A stretch of 64,000 bases of DNA from Candidatus Latescibacterota bacterium. Its GTDB lineage: Bacteria; Krumholzibacteriota; Krumholzibacteriia; WVZY01; JAKEHA01. The translations under genes and the position numbers were made by a program. The DNA lies in NCBI GenBank assembly GCA_963707635.1, contig OY970173.1, positions 2,880,001 through 2,944,000 of the forward strand, read 5' to 3'. Positions within the stretch are counted from its first letter, which is position 1; every line of letters starts with the position of its first letter. The notes under the pieces were generated by a model. That model made no database searches, was not told the DNA's origin, and worked only from the letters and a program-made list of their open reading frames with translations. Shown here one piece after another: positions 34,301 to 43,406 of this stretch.

Positions 34301-37138
34301 CACTGCCACCTGGTCCCGATCCCGCACGACCAAGCCGTCGTTCGGTTCGAGGATGGTGACGAGGCTGGCAGCCCCGGGTGGCGCCGGAGCGGGGTCCCCG
34401 GCGGGGACCAGGGCGATCTTCGCCGGGGCCGCGATTTCGGTCCACGAGAGCGCGTCGAACACCGCGCCCGGCGCGATCGCCGCGGTGCGCACGCCGGGTC
34501 GGACGACGGTCGTGTGCACGGAGCCCGAGTCGCCCGCCGCGGAATCGACCAGGGCAATCGCCGCGGTGACGTCGCGAACCAGGTGCGTATCCGGAGTCGC
34601 CGCGGTGAATGCGACCTGGCAATCGATGGCCCGTCCGCGTCTGAGCGACTCGAAGCTGAAGACGCCGCCGTCGGATGGCAGCGGGACCCGGTCGAGAAGC
34701 GCGCTGACGGTCACGTCCCCGAGCCCTTGCGGAACCTCGACCCGGAGGGTGCCGCGCTGGGTGTGTTCCGAGGTGGTGGTGAATCTCCAGCGCACGGTGG
34801 TGCGCGAGGAATCCGGCAACACCGAGAGATCGCGGACCGCGTGGCCGACGCGCAGCGTCGGGTCCGCGCCGTCGGCGGATGGCGGAATGAAACTCACCTC
34901 GACGCGGCGGTTGAAGCTGCGCCCGTCAGGCGTACCGTTGCCCGCCACCGGCCGGGTGTCCCCGTAACCGCGCACGACGATCCGGTCTCCGTCCACCCCC
35001 ATCGCGACGAGGGCGTCGCGCACCGCTTCGGCGCGCGCCACCGACAGCTCGTAGTTCGACGGGAAACGCCTGCTGCGCATCGGCGTGTTGTCGGTGTGGC
35101 CTTCGACCAGAGCCGCCCAGCCCGGACGGTCGAGCAGAAAGGCCGCCACCGGTCGCAGCCCCCGGTCCGCACCGACGACCAGCGACGCCTGGCCGAAGTC
35201 GAACTGCGAGCTTGGCAGCGTGAACTCGCCGAGCCGCACCCGTCGCGCGACGCTGACCCGCTCTTCGCACGCGAGCAGCGCGGTACGCGTGAGCGGCGGC
35301 ACCACCGGTTTGCGCAGCGGGAAGGCGACGCGCGCGTGGGCCGGAGCGATCAGGTGCACGAGACGCTCGTTGGGCCGGGGGGCGTGGCCGTCGCCCACAG
35401 CGGGTTCCACCAGTTCGACGCCGGCCGGGAGCGTTCCCTCGTCGAGGCGCACCAGGCGGTAGCCCTCGAACACGTGCGGAATCGAGAAGACTCCCAGCGA
35501 GTCGGTCACCGCGTACTCGCCGCTCTCGAGGTAGACCGAGACGTTCCCCACCCCGGGCTCGCCGGGGTCGCGGTCCCCGTCGCCGTCGTCGTCGATCCAC
35601 ACGTCACCGAGCAGAAAGCCCTCGATGCCAACTTCCTCGTTGTCGATGCGAATGGCGGCGACCACCGGCGCCGTTTCGACCGGATCGCCGGTCACTGCGC
35701 TGCCACGCGCCACCCCCGACACGCTGGCCCAGCCGTTGGGCTCGCGGCTGTTCACCGCGAACTTGACCGAGGTGGTGCGCGTCTCGCCGGGAGCCAGCGA
35801 CCCGACGGCCCACGAGAGCTGGTTCCCCGACCACGCCACCCCGCCCCCGGAGAGAAAATCGAGCGCCGGCGGCACCGACTCGGCGACGCGCACGTTGTCG
35901 ACGCGGATCGAGTCGGTGCGGTTGGTCGCGGTAACCACCATGGTCACGACGTCGCCCAACGACGCGGTCGCCTGCCGGAACGTCTGCTCGAGGCCGATCA
36001 TCGTGCGCGGATCGGGCACCGCCGCCAGGGCGAGCCGGCACGTCGTCCGGTTCGTGACCAGCGTGTCGAGGCGCGACTGCGCGGTGAAATCGAACGCGCG
36101 TATCGCGCCGAGCGCTGTGCGCAGCGGCGTCCCCGGGCTCGACACGACGAGGCGAAGCGACTTGATCTCTCCGGGCGCGAACGCGCCCACCAGGAACTTC
36201 CCGGGTTGCGGAGCCGGCGGGAACGGCACCCCGTTCACGTCCGTGCACACGACGCCGACGCCCGGCGGAAACGCGGCGGACGCGAATACCACCACGCTGT
36301 CGGCGTCGCCGGCGTTCTCGATGTCACCCGCGAAGGTCACGGTGTCATCCAGCACGCCGATGCCGACGGTTGACGCGTCGTCGGGCGATCCCTCGCCCCC
36401 GGGCAACGCGCGCGGGTTTCCCGCCGGCCCGAAGAACACCGCGGACACGAGCGCGCGACTGGTCACACGCACCACGGTCGCATCCGTCACGGGGGCCTGC
36501 GGCGCGAAAGCGGCGGCCGCGACACCGGGATCCCACGCGGAGGTCGCGCGCAGCTCGACGTACGCATCTCCCGCCGGGGCGGGCAGCACGAGTGCGACAT
36601 CCACCGGTGTCGAGAGACCCGCGCCGACCACGAGGAACGACGGGTTGTCTTCGCCCGCATCCAGCCGCCCATTCGCGTTGGCATCGCGGAAGAAGATCAC
36701 CGTCGCGGGCGAGATGGTCGAGGGTGGGAGACTCGTGGTCGACATCGCGACCGAGTCGGGCGCGTTGCCGAGGTTGTCGAGCGACAGCCGGCAGTAGACC
36801 GTATCGAACGGAGCCGCCTGCAGCGCGTACGCGGGCGTTGCCACCGTTCCCGGCGGAGTGATACGCAGGCCAAAGATCGTGAGTACGGGCGTGGAGACGG
36901 TGTTCGAGCCCGTCGCATTCACGTTCCCGGTGTCGGTGAAGACCGTCTGGGCGGTGTTCCGGATGTCGGTACCGCCGGGTGTGACCTGAGCGTGTGCGGG
37001 TTTCGAAGGCCAAAAAGCCAGCACGAACAGCAGCGCGAACAAGACGTAACGCGTTGCAGAAAAACGAAAAACGGCGAGTCCCCCCGCCGCGTTTACTGCC
37101 CGCCGCCAGTCGAAATTCTGCCGCGCTAGAGCCTTCAT
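31385..37138 (-). CDS. Large outer-membrane protein: Ig-like/DUF11 domains, SdrD-B-like domain, OmpA_C domain, large C-terminal beta-barrel (putative anchor/translocator)
   Basis: Signal peptide ending AHA|Q; GDVWIDDDGDGDRDPGE; VEGHTDN, LSVARAEAV, GYGDTRP, NRRVEV; long run of amphipathic strands at the C-terminus; exact start uncertain. Confidence 0.85.
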   Translation of the reverse strand: MKALARQNFDWRRAVNAAGGLAVFRFSATRYVLFALLFVLAFWPSKPAHAQVTPGGTDIRNTAQTVFTDTGNVNATGSNTVSTPVLTIFGLRITPPGTVATPAYALQAAPFDTVYCRLSLDNLGNAPDSVAMSTTSLPPSTISPATVIFFRDANANGRLDAGEDNPSFLVVGAGLSTPVDVALVLPAPAGDAYVELRATSAWDPGVAAAAFAPQAPVTDATVVRVTSRALVSAVFFGPAGNPRALPGGEGSPDDASTVGIGVLDDTVTFAGDIENAGDADSVVVFASAAFPPGVGVVCTDVNGVPFPPAPQPGKFLVGAFAPGEIKSLRLVVSSPGTPLRTALGAIRAFDFTAQSRLDTLVTNRTTCRLALAAVPDPRTMIGLEQTFRQATASLGDVVTMVVTATNRTDSIRVDNVRVAESVPPALDFLSGGGVAWSGNQLSWAVGSLAPGETRTTSVKFAVNSREPNGWASVSGVARGSAVTGDPVETAPVVAAIRIDNEEVGIEGFLLGDVWIDDDGDGDRDPGEPGVGNVSVYLESGEYAVTDSLGVFSIPHVFEGYRLVRLDEGTLPAGVELVEPAVGDGHAPRPNERLVHLIAPAHARVAFPLRKPVVPPLTRTALLACEERVSVARRVRLGEFTLPSSQFDFGQASLVVGADRGLRPVAAFLLDRPGWAALVEGHTDNTPMRSRRFPSNYELSVARAEAVRDALVAMGVDGDRIVVRGYGDTRPVAGNGTPDGRSFNRRVEVSFIPPSADGADPTLRVGHAVRDLSVLPDSSRTTVRWRFTTTSEHTQRGTLRVEVPQGLGDVTVSALLDRVPLPSDGGVFSFESLRRGRAIDCQVAFTAATPDTHLVRDVTAAIALVDSAAGDSGSVHTTVVRPGVRTAAIAPGAVFDALSWTEIAAPAKIALVPAGDPAPAPPGAASLVTILEPNDGLVVRDRDQVAVRVRHPLGSRVELRVNDELVGEDRVGQHTVDVAHQEETTTWFGVRVRAGWNDLIAHATMLRGGEASDSVRVALSSKPAELVPLDARALVPADGHTATTLRFAVRDGFGLPVMDGIVVTVAEGADLVALADARPDERGLQATTSEGIVNLVLKPRHATGGGRVAVEMDGMRAETEVVFVNPERPFLADGIVDVTMGAYDTRGDGSGQGVANYHDGFDVEAESRLFVQGAAPGGVQVTARLDTKKRYDDPLLKQPDPEKQYPIYGDASSVHYAAPARGGNYVSIDREQSYLRYGDFTTPIDRGEFLTYHQVVTGLSASLTSGANSVRAFVTETDFVTRTDEMPADGTSGFYYLSSAPIVENSERVIVETRDRYQTEEVLEARVMIRRRDYTINPYDGSILFMEPVAVTDRELNPNFVAVTYETETGVSGAYLYGMRGDVVQGSRYRAGVTAVANGGDTPGYSLFGVDGDARLGAARFSGEFAHSEDDLTGNGNAYKVGAGAQRGASKLDMYLRRVDGGFVNPSFRGADSELASLKAGFDGRLALSPSLALNADGYTHELQRTDEKRETARATLDYRRRLLEMSAGLRFARHDEPQQDANGVLVLTGITVGNRGTAGISTTWEQNVGDQVVDDYPNRLKTVLAVPLAKRVRAIATHEYLTAGGRPSTNQITAGVEGTTPGGTQAYTRYAMDRAADDARMGAVSGIRQRLRLGPATSATLGFETFTSLSGREDEEYLSLSAGLGARRPGSYFVDGGYEYRWERPGDKHLVRMSAAQQLGGGFAWLAKNIMGLGERDGANDETQFYATLAGAYRSPFAPVQSLLMLKSYYDRYAPIDPDAIRWRLVATTDVNVMPTPAHELRFKYAYKHVEDWSYGVSATTNTDLALAQYVWHFGRGWDVDAWGRAVVPRGGGTAQAGAGIELGRLVYRSVRIGVGYSVNGFDDPDVTATDAWSAGFGIRIQMLLSDWLLADFERLK

Positions 37139-37234
37139 CGCATATAACACGTTCGGCCGGCGCACGCGGGGGAGCCGTGTGGGCTCCACCCGCATGCGCG
37201 GCCGACGTAAGGGGCCGCTATCGAAAGAAAGCGG

Positions 37235-39935
37235 CTACTGAATCCGGACTGTGAACCCGACCCCGGAGGTCGAGCTCGCACCGGCCAGGAGACTCCCCGT
37301 GAACACCCAGCGCACGTTGGTCACGTTCGCGTCGTATCCCGCCGGAGCTCCCCCGCCGCCGCTCGCCGGCGCGTAGGTCCAGGTGGCTCCGCTGTCGTCG
37401 GAATACTCGATCGCGATGGCGGTGACCGACGCCGGCGCCGTGCCGCTCGTCGCCGAACCCACCTGGAATTGCGTCCAGGTCGGAACCGCGTCGTAGATGG
37501 CGATCGTCGTGAGCGTCGAGCTGCCGAGGTTCTGGTAGTCCACGGTGTATGCGAGATCGGTCCCCGGCGCCTGAGCGCCCGCCGGGCTCACCGCCTTCGT
37601 CAACACCAGGTTGCCCGCCACGATGGTCGTGACGTCGGTGGCGTTGTCGGAGGCGAGGGTGACCTGACCGGTCGCCGTGAGCACCCCGATCTCGACCGTC
37701 CCCACCGTCGCCCCGGCCGGCACCGTGAGGCGCGCGGTCACGCTCGCACTCGCGCCCGGCGCGAGAGTCACGCTCGAAATCGGCGTGCTCGTCACGTCGA
37801 GGAACACGTAGCTCCAGCCCTGCGAGGAGACGTAGGTCAGGTCGAAGGTGTCACCGACATTGCCGTTGTTGGTCACCGTGTGCGCATACGTGATGGTCCC
37901 GCCGGCGGTGGTGTTGCCCGCGTTGTCGGGGTCGAAGAGCACCGACGCCAGCGTGTTCACCGTCACCGTGTTGGCGATGGTGTCGCTTTGCGTCGCGTTG
38001 ACCGTCGACGTGGCCGTAAACGAGGTTCCGTTGACGCCCGGCGCGGTGCCCGCGGGCACCGCCACGCGCGCGATGAGGTTGGTCTCGGCTCCGGAAGCAA
38101 CCACACCCGTCGAGGTGATCGGCGACACTTCGCCGGCGTCGAGGATGCCGTTGCCGTTCGCGTCGAGATAGAACACGACCGTCCAACCCGCGGGGACGGA
38201 CGAGGACAGCGTGAAGTTGTCGCTCGAACCGCCGCCGTTGATCACGTCGAGCGCGAAGTCGACCGACGCGCCCGGGTTGGTGTTCTGATTCACCGACGCG
38301 TTGTTGGTGGTTCCCGCCGCGCCGTCATAGTTGCCGATGTCCACCGTCGCGGGCAGTACCGCGTCGATGCGATCGGTGGTCAGGTTGTCCTCGGCCGGGG
38401 TGTTCGCGGACTGCGCGCGCACCACGGCGGCGAACGGGCCACCGGCCCCCTGCGAACCGGGAATGACCACCCGCACGACGATGTCGATCGACGCTCCCGT
38501 CGCGAGCGGGCCCACGTCGACGTTGCCGTCGAAGTCGGAATCCGAAAGCGGCGTGATGCCGTCATTGTGATAGAACAGCACCGACCACGAGCCGGGCACC
38601 GTCGACGAGCCATCGAGCACCACGTTGACCGCGTCGTTCGTGTTGCCGTCGTTGCGAATCGTGTTGGTGAAGTCGACCGACGTGTTGGCGTACGCGCTGG
38701 CGACACTCTGCAGGTCGTCGTCGTAGTTCGGCGGCGTTCCGGCGTCGGGGACGCCGGCCGGGCCGATCACCACTCCCGCGAGGATGCCGACGGTCACCGG
38801 CGCGTTGTTCGACGTGACGATGGTCGGGTTCGGCGTCACCACGTTGTTGTCGACGTAGGCCAGCGCCGCGGTGTTGTTCAACACGCCCGGCGTCATCCCC
38901 GCGACCACCGTGACCTGGTACGAGAACGAGTAGCTCTGCCCCGGCACGATGGCGCCGTTGGTCACGTACGCCACCGCGATGTCGCCGAAACCCGCCGCCA
39001 GCGACCAGTTCCACGTCTCAGGGCTCCCGGCGGTCGAGCTTCCGCTGGGCAGGTACAGGACCGTCCCGCCCGCGGGCGAGCCCGTCGGCGCCCCGAAGAC
39101 CGGGAGTGGATTGCCCGAGCCCGGATTCAGCGGGATCACGTCGTACATCAGAACACCCGTGAGGGCGACCGACCCGACGGTGACGCCGTTGGCGTTGTTG
39201 GTTCCGGAGTTCGATGCCCGTGAAGGTGTAGCTGATCTGGTCGCCGTCGTAGACCAGCGCGGGGGCACCCGTGAGGTTGGCCGTCATGACGGCGTCGTCC
39301 ACCACCGTGGTGCGGTGGTAGTTGCGCGTATCGATCTGACCCGCGTCACCCACGGACGTGCCCTGCACGCCGACGTAGGCGAGCTGGCCCGCGGTCGCGG
39401 TGCCCGGCACCGCGTAGGTGACGATAAGGCTCACCGACGTGCTGGCCGCGACCGGACCGAGGACGCCCGGTACCCCGCCGACGCTGATCGCCGGCTCGCC
39501 GCCGTCGACCACGCCGTTGCCGTTGATGTCGTGATAGATCGACACGTTCGCCAGCGCGATGGTCATGGTCGTGTTGACCGCATCGACCAGCGGCGCCAGC
39601 GTGTAGCTGTCGTTGTCGTTACCGGTGTTGGTGAGCGTATAGCTGTAGAACAGCGTCTGTCCGCCGATCGCGTTCTGGCTCATCGCCGGCGTGACCGGTG
39701 GCGTCTCTCCCGAATCGTCGGGAAGGATCGAGATGCCGTAGACCGGCAGCACCACTGTAATGACTTCGTTCGAAAGCGCGGTGTAGCTGTTGCCGACCAG
39801 GTCCTCGTAGGTCGCGGACGCGCGATTGCGAATCTGCGTCCCCGCCGGCGTCGTCTGCGCGAACGCAGCCGCCACGGAGAGCACGAGCACGAGGGTCAGG
39901 ACGAGCGGGAGGATCAGAAGGTGTCTGGTTTTCAT
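37235..39935 (-). CDS. Secreted DUF11/Ig-repeat protein (putative shaft subunit, ~899 aa) split by a +1 frameshift near 39215
   Basis: ORFs 39018..39935 and 37235..39268 join as ...ISYTFTG/SNSGTNNANGV... on removing one base; GAGGA RBS; signal peptide AFA|Q; ends LVLTKAVS...FTVRIQ*. Confidence 0.85.
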
Positions 39936-39947
39936 CTTCGGTTCCTC

Positions 39948-40433
39948 CTACTTGACCGTGGCCCGGTACGAGAACGTGATCTCGTCTTCGGGCTTCAGGC
40001 CGCCGGACAGCGTCCAGCGAATGTGGGTGATCATGTCCGGCGTCGCGTCCGCCCAGACCTCACGACCGTCGGCCGCCGCTTTCTTGAAGCGAACGGGCCA
40101 GGCGTGGAAGGTCTTGCCGCTGTCGATGCTGAACTGCACCGAACCTGCAGCCGGAGCCTTCGCGGTCTTTTCGACGTACTGGACGCCGGCGGGAACCGGG
40201 TCGACGATTGACACGTTGTGGACGGCCTCGGCGCCACCGTTGGCGTACGTCAGCCGGTATTCGATGACGTCCTGCGGACGGGCTTCGTCTGCAGGCAGGT
40301 AGACTTCCTCGCCGCGCTCGCCGACGATGACCTTCCGGGCTTCGATGGTGCCCGTGACAGGACCGGCGGCAGTGGCAGCGAGCGACGTGATCAGTCCGCC
40401 AACAAGGGCGAACAGGAAGAAAACGCGACGCAA
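39948..40433 (-). CDS. Small secreted single truncated-DUF11 protein (161 aa)
   Basis: TTG start with AGGAGG at 40441-40446; signal peptide; ARPQDVIEYRLTYANGG, VDPVPAGVQYV, HIRWTL, FSYRATVK*. Confidence 0.85.
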   Translation of the reverse strand: MRRVFFLFALVGGLITSLAATAAGPVTGTIEARKVIVGERGEEVYLPADEARPQDVIEYRLTYANGGAEAVHNVSIVDPVPAGVQYVEKTAKAPAAGSVQFSIDSGKTFHAWPVRFKKAAADGREVWADATPDMITHIRWTLSGGLKPEDEITFSYRATVK

Positions 40434-40540
40434 GGTGGAACCTCCTGAGTATCGAGAAGCCCACGCATCGGCGCGGGCGCACTCCTCCCATGCAAACCCG
40501 CGCGTCGGGCGCAGGCGCAACTTCTCGCGGGAGCCCGGGG

Positions 40541-40555
40541 GCAAGGGACGTTCCA
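40541..40555 (-). promoter_or_regulatory. Sigma54 (RpoN) -24/-12 promoter of the DUF11 operon
   Basis: Minus strand TGGAACGTCCCTTGC vs consensus TGGCACG-N4-TTGC; exact GG-N10-GC spacing, ~108 nt upstream of the first start codon. Confidence 0.75.
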
Positions 40556-40845
40556 GTCGTGGCCGGAAAGGGCGGGATGTTCCCGATGGAAGCGGATGAG
40601 GGAGGAATGTGGCGTCGCGGCGCGGCTTACGCGCGGTGACGGAGTGGCCGTCGGTGCCGCCACCGGGCGCATGACGGACTATCGCGCCCGCGAATGGTTG
40701 TCACTCCGCAATGCGGGCGCAGGGGGCCTTGCAATGTGCAATTCTTCCCAGTCGGGGGTGGCGCGCCAGGTGAGTCGGGACCAGCACGTCGTTCTCCGAG
40801 GAGCGCCGGGGGTCAACCTACAATATTCTAACGGCTTATGAATTG

Positions 40846-40875
40846 TTGAAAATTATACATAGCCTGTCCTATATT
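40846..40875 (+). promoter_or_regulatory. Putative leaderless-type sigma70 promoter of the two-component pair
   Basis: TTGAAA-18-TATATT-6 nt-ATG in an AT-rich patch. Confidence 0.45.
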
Positions 40876-40881
40876 CTGCAC

Positions 40882-41961
40882 ATGCCGGGCTCGCCTTCCA
40901 AACGCTGGCAGGTGGTCACACTCGTGGTGATCGGCGCCGCCACCGTATCGTTCCACTACGGCTTCTTGCTCCCTCGATCCATCGGGCATGGCAGCCTCGT
41001 CCACGTCATCCACGGGCGCCTGTGTTATGTGCCCATCATTCTGGCGGCGATCTGGTTCGGGGTACGAGGCGGACTCGCGCTTTCGCTCTCGATCACGGCG
41101 CTCACCCTGCCCTACCCGCGCCTGCGCGGGATTACCGACCACCACACGTTGATCGGCGAATACACCGAAATGGTGTTCTACGTGGCGATCGGCCTGATGA
41201 CCGGTGTCCTGATCGAACGCCAGTGGCGCGAGCGGGCGCGCGGCGAAGCCCTCCAGCGCGAGCTCGCGCGCCGCGAGCGCCTCTCGTCGCTCGGGCAGAT
41301 GGCCGCCGGCCTCGCGCACGAGATCAAGAATCCGCTCGGGTCCATCCAGGGCGCGGCCGAGATTCTGGGCGACGACGCGCCGGCCGATTCCCGCAGGCGG
41401 GAGCTGTTCGAGATCCTGCGCAAGGAATCGAAGCGGCTCGGGACCGTGGTCGACGACTTTCTCACCTTCGCGCGCCCGCGTCCGCTGTCGCTCTCTCCGC
41501 TCGACCTCGGTGCGGTGGCGGAGCGCGCCGCCGCGCAGATGAACATCGACGCCTCCGCGCGCGGCATCACCATCGAGCTCCAGCGCGCGCCCGACCTGCC
41601 CCGGGTGGCCGGCGACACCGAGCGGCTCCACCAGGTATTCTTGAATCTGCTCTTGAACGCGCTCGCCACCAGCGCGGACGGGGGCCGGGTGGTGGTGTCC
41701 TCGTTTCCCGCCGAGCGCGACGGCGCCGCGTGCGCCGCCGTGTCGGTGCGCGATTTTGGCTCCGGCATTGCGCCCGACGCACTCCCGCGCGTGTTCGACC
41801 CGTTCTTCACCACGCGGGAAAACGGGGTCGGCCTGGGCCTCTCGATATCGCACACCATTGTGCAGGAACACGGCGGCTGGATCGACGTCGACAGCGCGCC
41901 GGGTGCCGGCACCACGGTCACCGTCGTCCTCCCCGTCGATCGCACTCGCCATGGCGCATAG
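40882..41961 (+). CDS. Membrane sensor histidine kinase (NtrB/ZraS-like)
   Basis: About 4 TM helices; LAHEIKNPL, QVFLNLLLNA, DFGSGI, FDPFFTT, GVGLGL. Confidence 0.93.
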   Translation: MPGSPSKRWQVVTLVVIGAATVSFHYGFLLPRSIGHGSLVHVIHGRLCYVPIILAAIWFGVRGGLALSLSITALTLPYPRLRGITDHHTLIGEYTEMVFYVAIGLMTGVLIERQWRERARGEALQRELARRERLSSLGQMAAGLAHEIKNPLGSIQGAAEILGDDAPADSRRRELFEILRKESKRLGTVVDDFLTFARPRPLSLSPLDLGAVAERAAAQMNIDASARGITIELQRAPDLPRVAGDTERLHQVFLNLLLNALATSADGGRVVVSSFPAERDGAACAAVSVRDFGSGIAPDALPRVFDPFFTTRENGVGLGLSISHTIVQEHGGWIDVDSAPGAGTTVTVVLPVDRTRHGA

Positions 41962-43303
41962 TCGCATCCTGCTCGTGGATGACGACGAGAGCATCCGCAA
42001 GGTCCTCGGCTATATGCTCGAGGAGGCCGGCTACGCGGTCGAGTCCGCGCCGGGAGCCGACGCCGGGCTGCGACTCGCGGCCGAGCGGCGCCCCGACCTG
42101 GTCTTGAGCGACATCAAGATGCCGGGCAAGGACGGGCTCGAGCTGTTGCGCGAGCTCCGGGCTTTCGATCCGTCGATCCCGGTGATCATCCTCACCGCGT
42201 TCGGCACGGTGGGGACCGCCGTCGAGGCGATGAAGCACGGCGCGTCCGACTACCTCACCAAACCGATCGCGCGCGACGATCTATTGCTGACGGTGGCGAA
42301 GACGCTCAAGCTCCACCGCCTCGAGGCGGAAAACGAGGATCTGCGGGAGACGCTCCGCGACCGCTTCCGCTTCGAGAGCATGGTCGGGCTTTCGCCGGCG
42401 ATGACAGAGGTGTTCGCCACGCTGCGCAAGGTGGCGACCACCGAAGCCACCGTGCTAATTACCGGAGAGAGCGGGACGGGCAAAGAGCTCATCGCGCGCG
42501 CGATCCATTTCAACAGCCCGCGGCGCTCGCAGCGCATGGTCACGATCAACTGTGCCGCGATTCCGCACGACCTGCTCGAGAGCGAGCTGTTCGGTCACGT
42601 GCGCGGGTCGTTTACCGGCGCGATTCGTGACAAAGTCGGCAAGTTCGAACAGGCGCACGGCGGCACGCTCTTTCTCGACGAGATCGGGGCCACGCCGCTG
42701 GTGCTGCAGGTGAAGCTGCTGCGCGCCCTGCAGGAGCGGGAGGTCGAGCGGGTTGGCGGCGACGCGCCCATCCAGGTCGACGTGCGCATCGTCGCCGCCA
42801 CCAATCGGGCGCTGGCGACGCTGGTCGCCGCGGGCGAATTTCGCGAGGACCTCTTCTACCGGCTCAACGTCGTGCCGGTCCGGGTGCCGCCGCTGCGCGA
42901 GCGCGCGGGCGACCTCCCGCTCCTGGTCCGCCACTTCCTGGCGAAGTTCGCCGACGGCAAGGTCACCCTGACCCCGGAGGCGCTCGCGGCCCTCGAGCGT
43001 TATCGCTGGCCGGGGAACGTCCGCGAGCTGGAGAACTTCTGCGAGCGCATGGCGCTGATGCGCTCCCGCGACGTCATCGACGCCGCAGCCGTCGCCGCCG
43101 AGCTGGCGACGCTGGAGCGCGAGGCTCCGGCGGCGATCGGAGCCACCCTGCACGAAATCGAGCGCACCGCCATCGTCGAGGCGCTGCGCGCCAGCGGCTG
43201 GAATCGGTCCCGCGCCGCCCGCCGGCTCGGCGTCGCGCGCCACATCCTGCTCTACCGCATGAAGAAGTTCGACATTCGCGACGAGGGCGAGTCGGTGCGT
43301 TGA
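41951..43303 (+). CDS. Sigma54-dependent response regulator (NtrC/AtoC/ZraR family)
   Basis: Receiver (LLVDDD, SDIKMP), [36 protein letters not shown], Fis-type HTH. Confidence 0.95.
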   Translation: MAHSRILLVDDDESIRKVLGYMLEEAGYAVESAPGADAGLRLAAERRPDLVLSDIKMPGKDGLELLRELRAFDPSIPVIILTAFGTVGTAVEAMKHGASDYLTKPIARDDLLLTVAKTLKLHRLEAENEDLRETLRDRFRFESMVGLSPAMTEVFATLRKVATTEATVLITGESGTGKELIARAIHFNSPRRSQRMVTINCAAIPHDLLESELFGHVRGSFTGAIRDKVGKFEQAHGGTLFLDEIGATPLVLQVKLLRALQEREVERVGGDAPIQVDVRIVAATNRALATLVAAGEFREDLFYRLNVVPVRVPPLRERAGDLPLLVRHFLAKFADGKVTLTPEALAALERYRWPGNVRELENFCERMALMRSRDVIDAAAVAAELATLEREAPAAIGATLHEIERTAIVEALRASGWNRSRAARRLGVARHILLYRMKKFDIRDEGESVR

Positions 43304-43406
43304 GGGTGGTGGCGGGATGCACTCCCTCTACCGCCGTCCTCCCGCGCACAAAATTGAAATGCGCGGCTGCGGATTGGCGGTGCGAGGGAGTGCATCCCAC
43401 CTTGAG
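43300..43406. mobile_element. MITE-like palindromic element
   Basis: 15-bp perfect IR GGGATGCACTCCCTC (43314-43328)/GAGGGAGTGCATCCC (43384-43398), GGTGG/CCACC ends, flanking TTGAG direct repeats. Confidence 0.45.

Noticed and set aside
32345..36373. 1342-aa plus-strand ORF and the many other long antisense or alternate-frame ORFs (e.g. 6016..8442, 18767..21163, 22227..24266)
   Set aside because: Shadows of real genes in high-GC DNA; Arg/Gly/Ala-rich with no motifs
40447..40800. Cyclic-di-nucleotide (GEMM) riboswitch ahead of the DUF11 operon
   Set aside because: No recognisable GEMM core motifs in the proper arrangement
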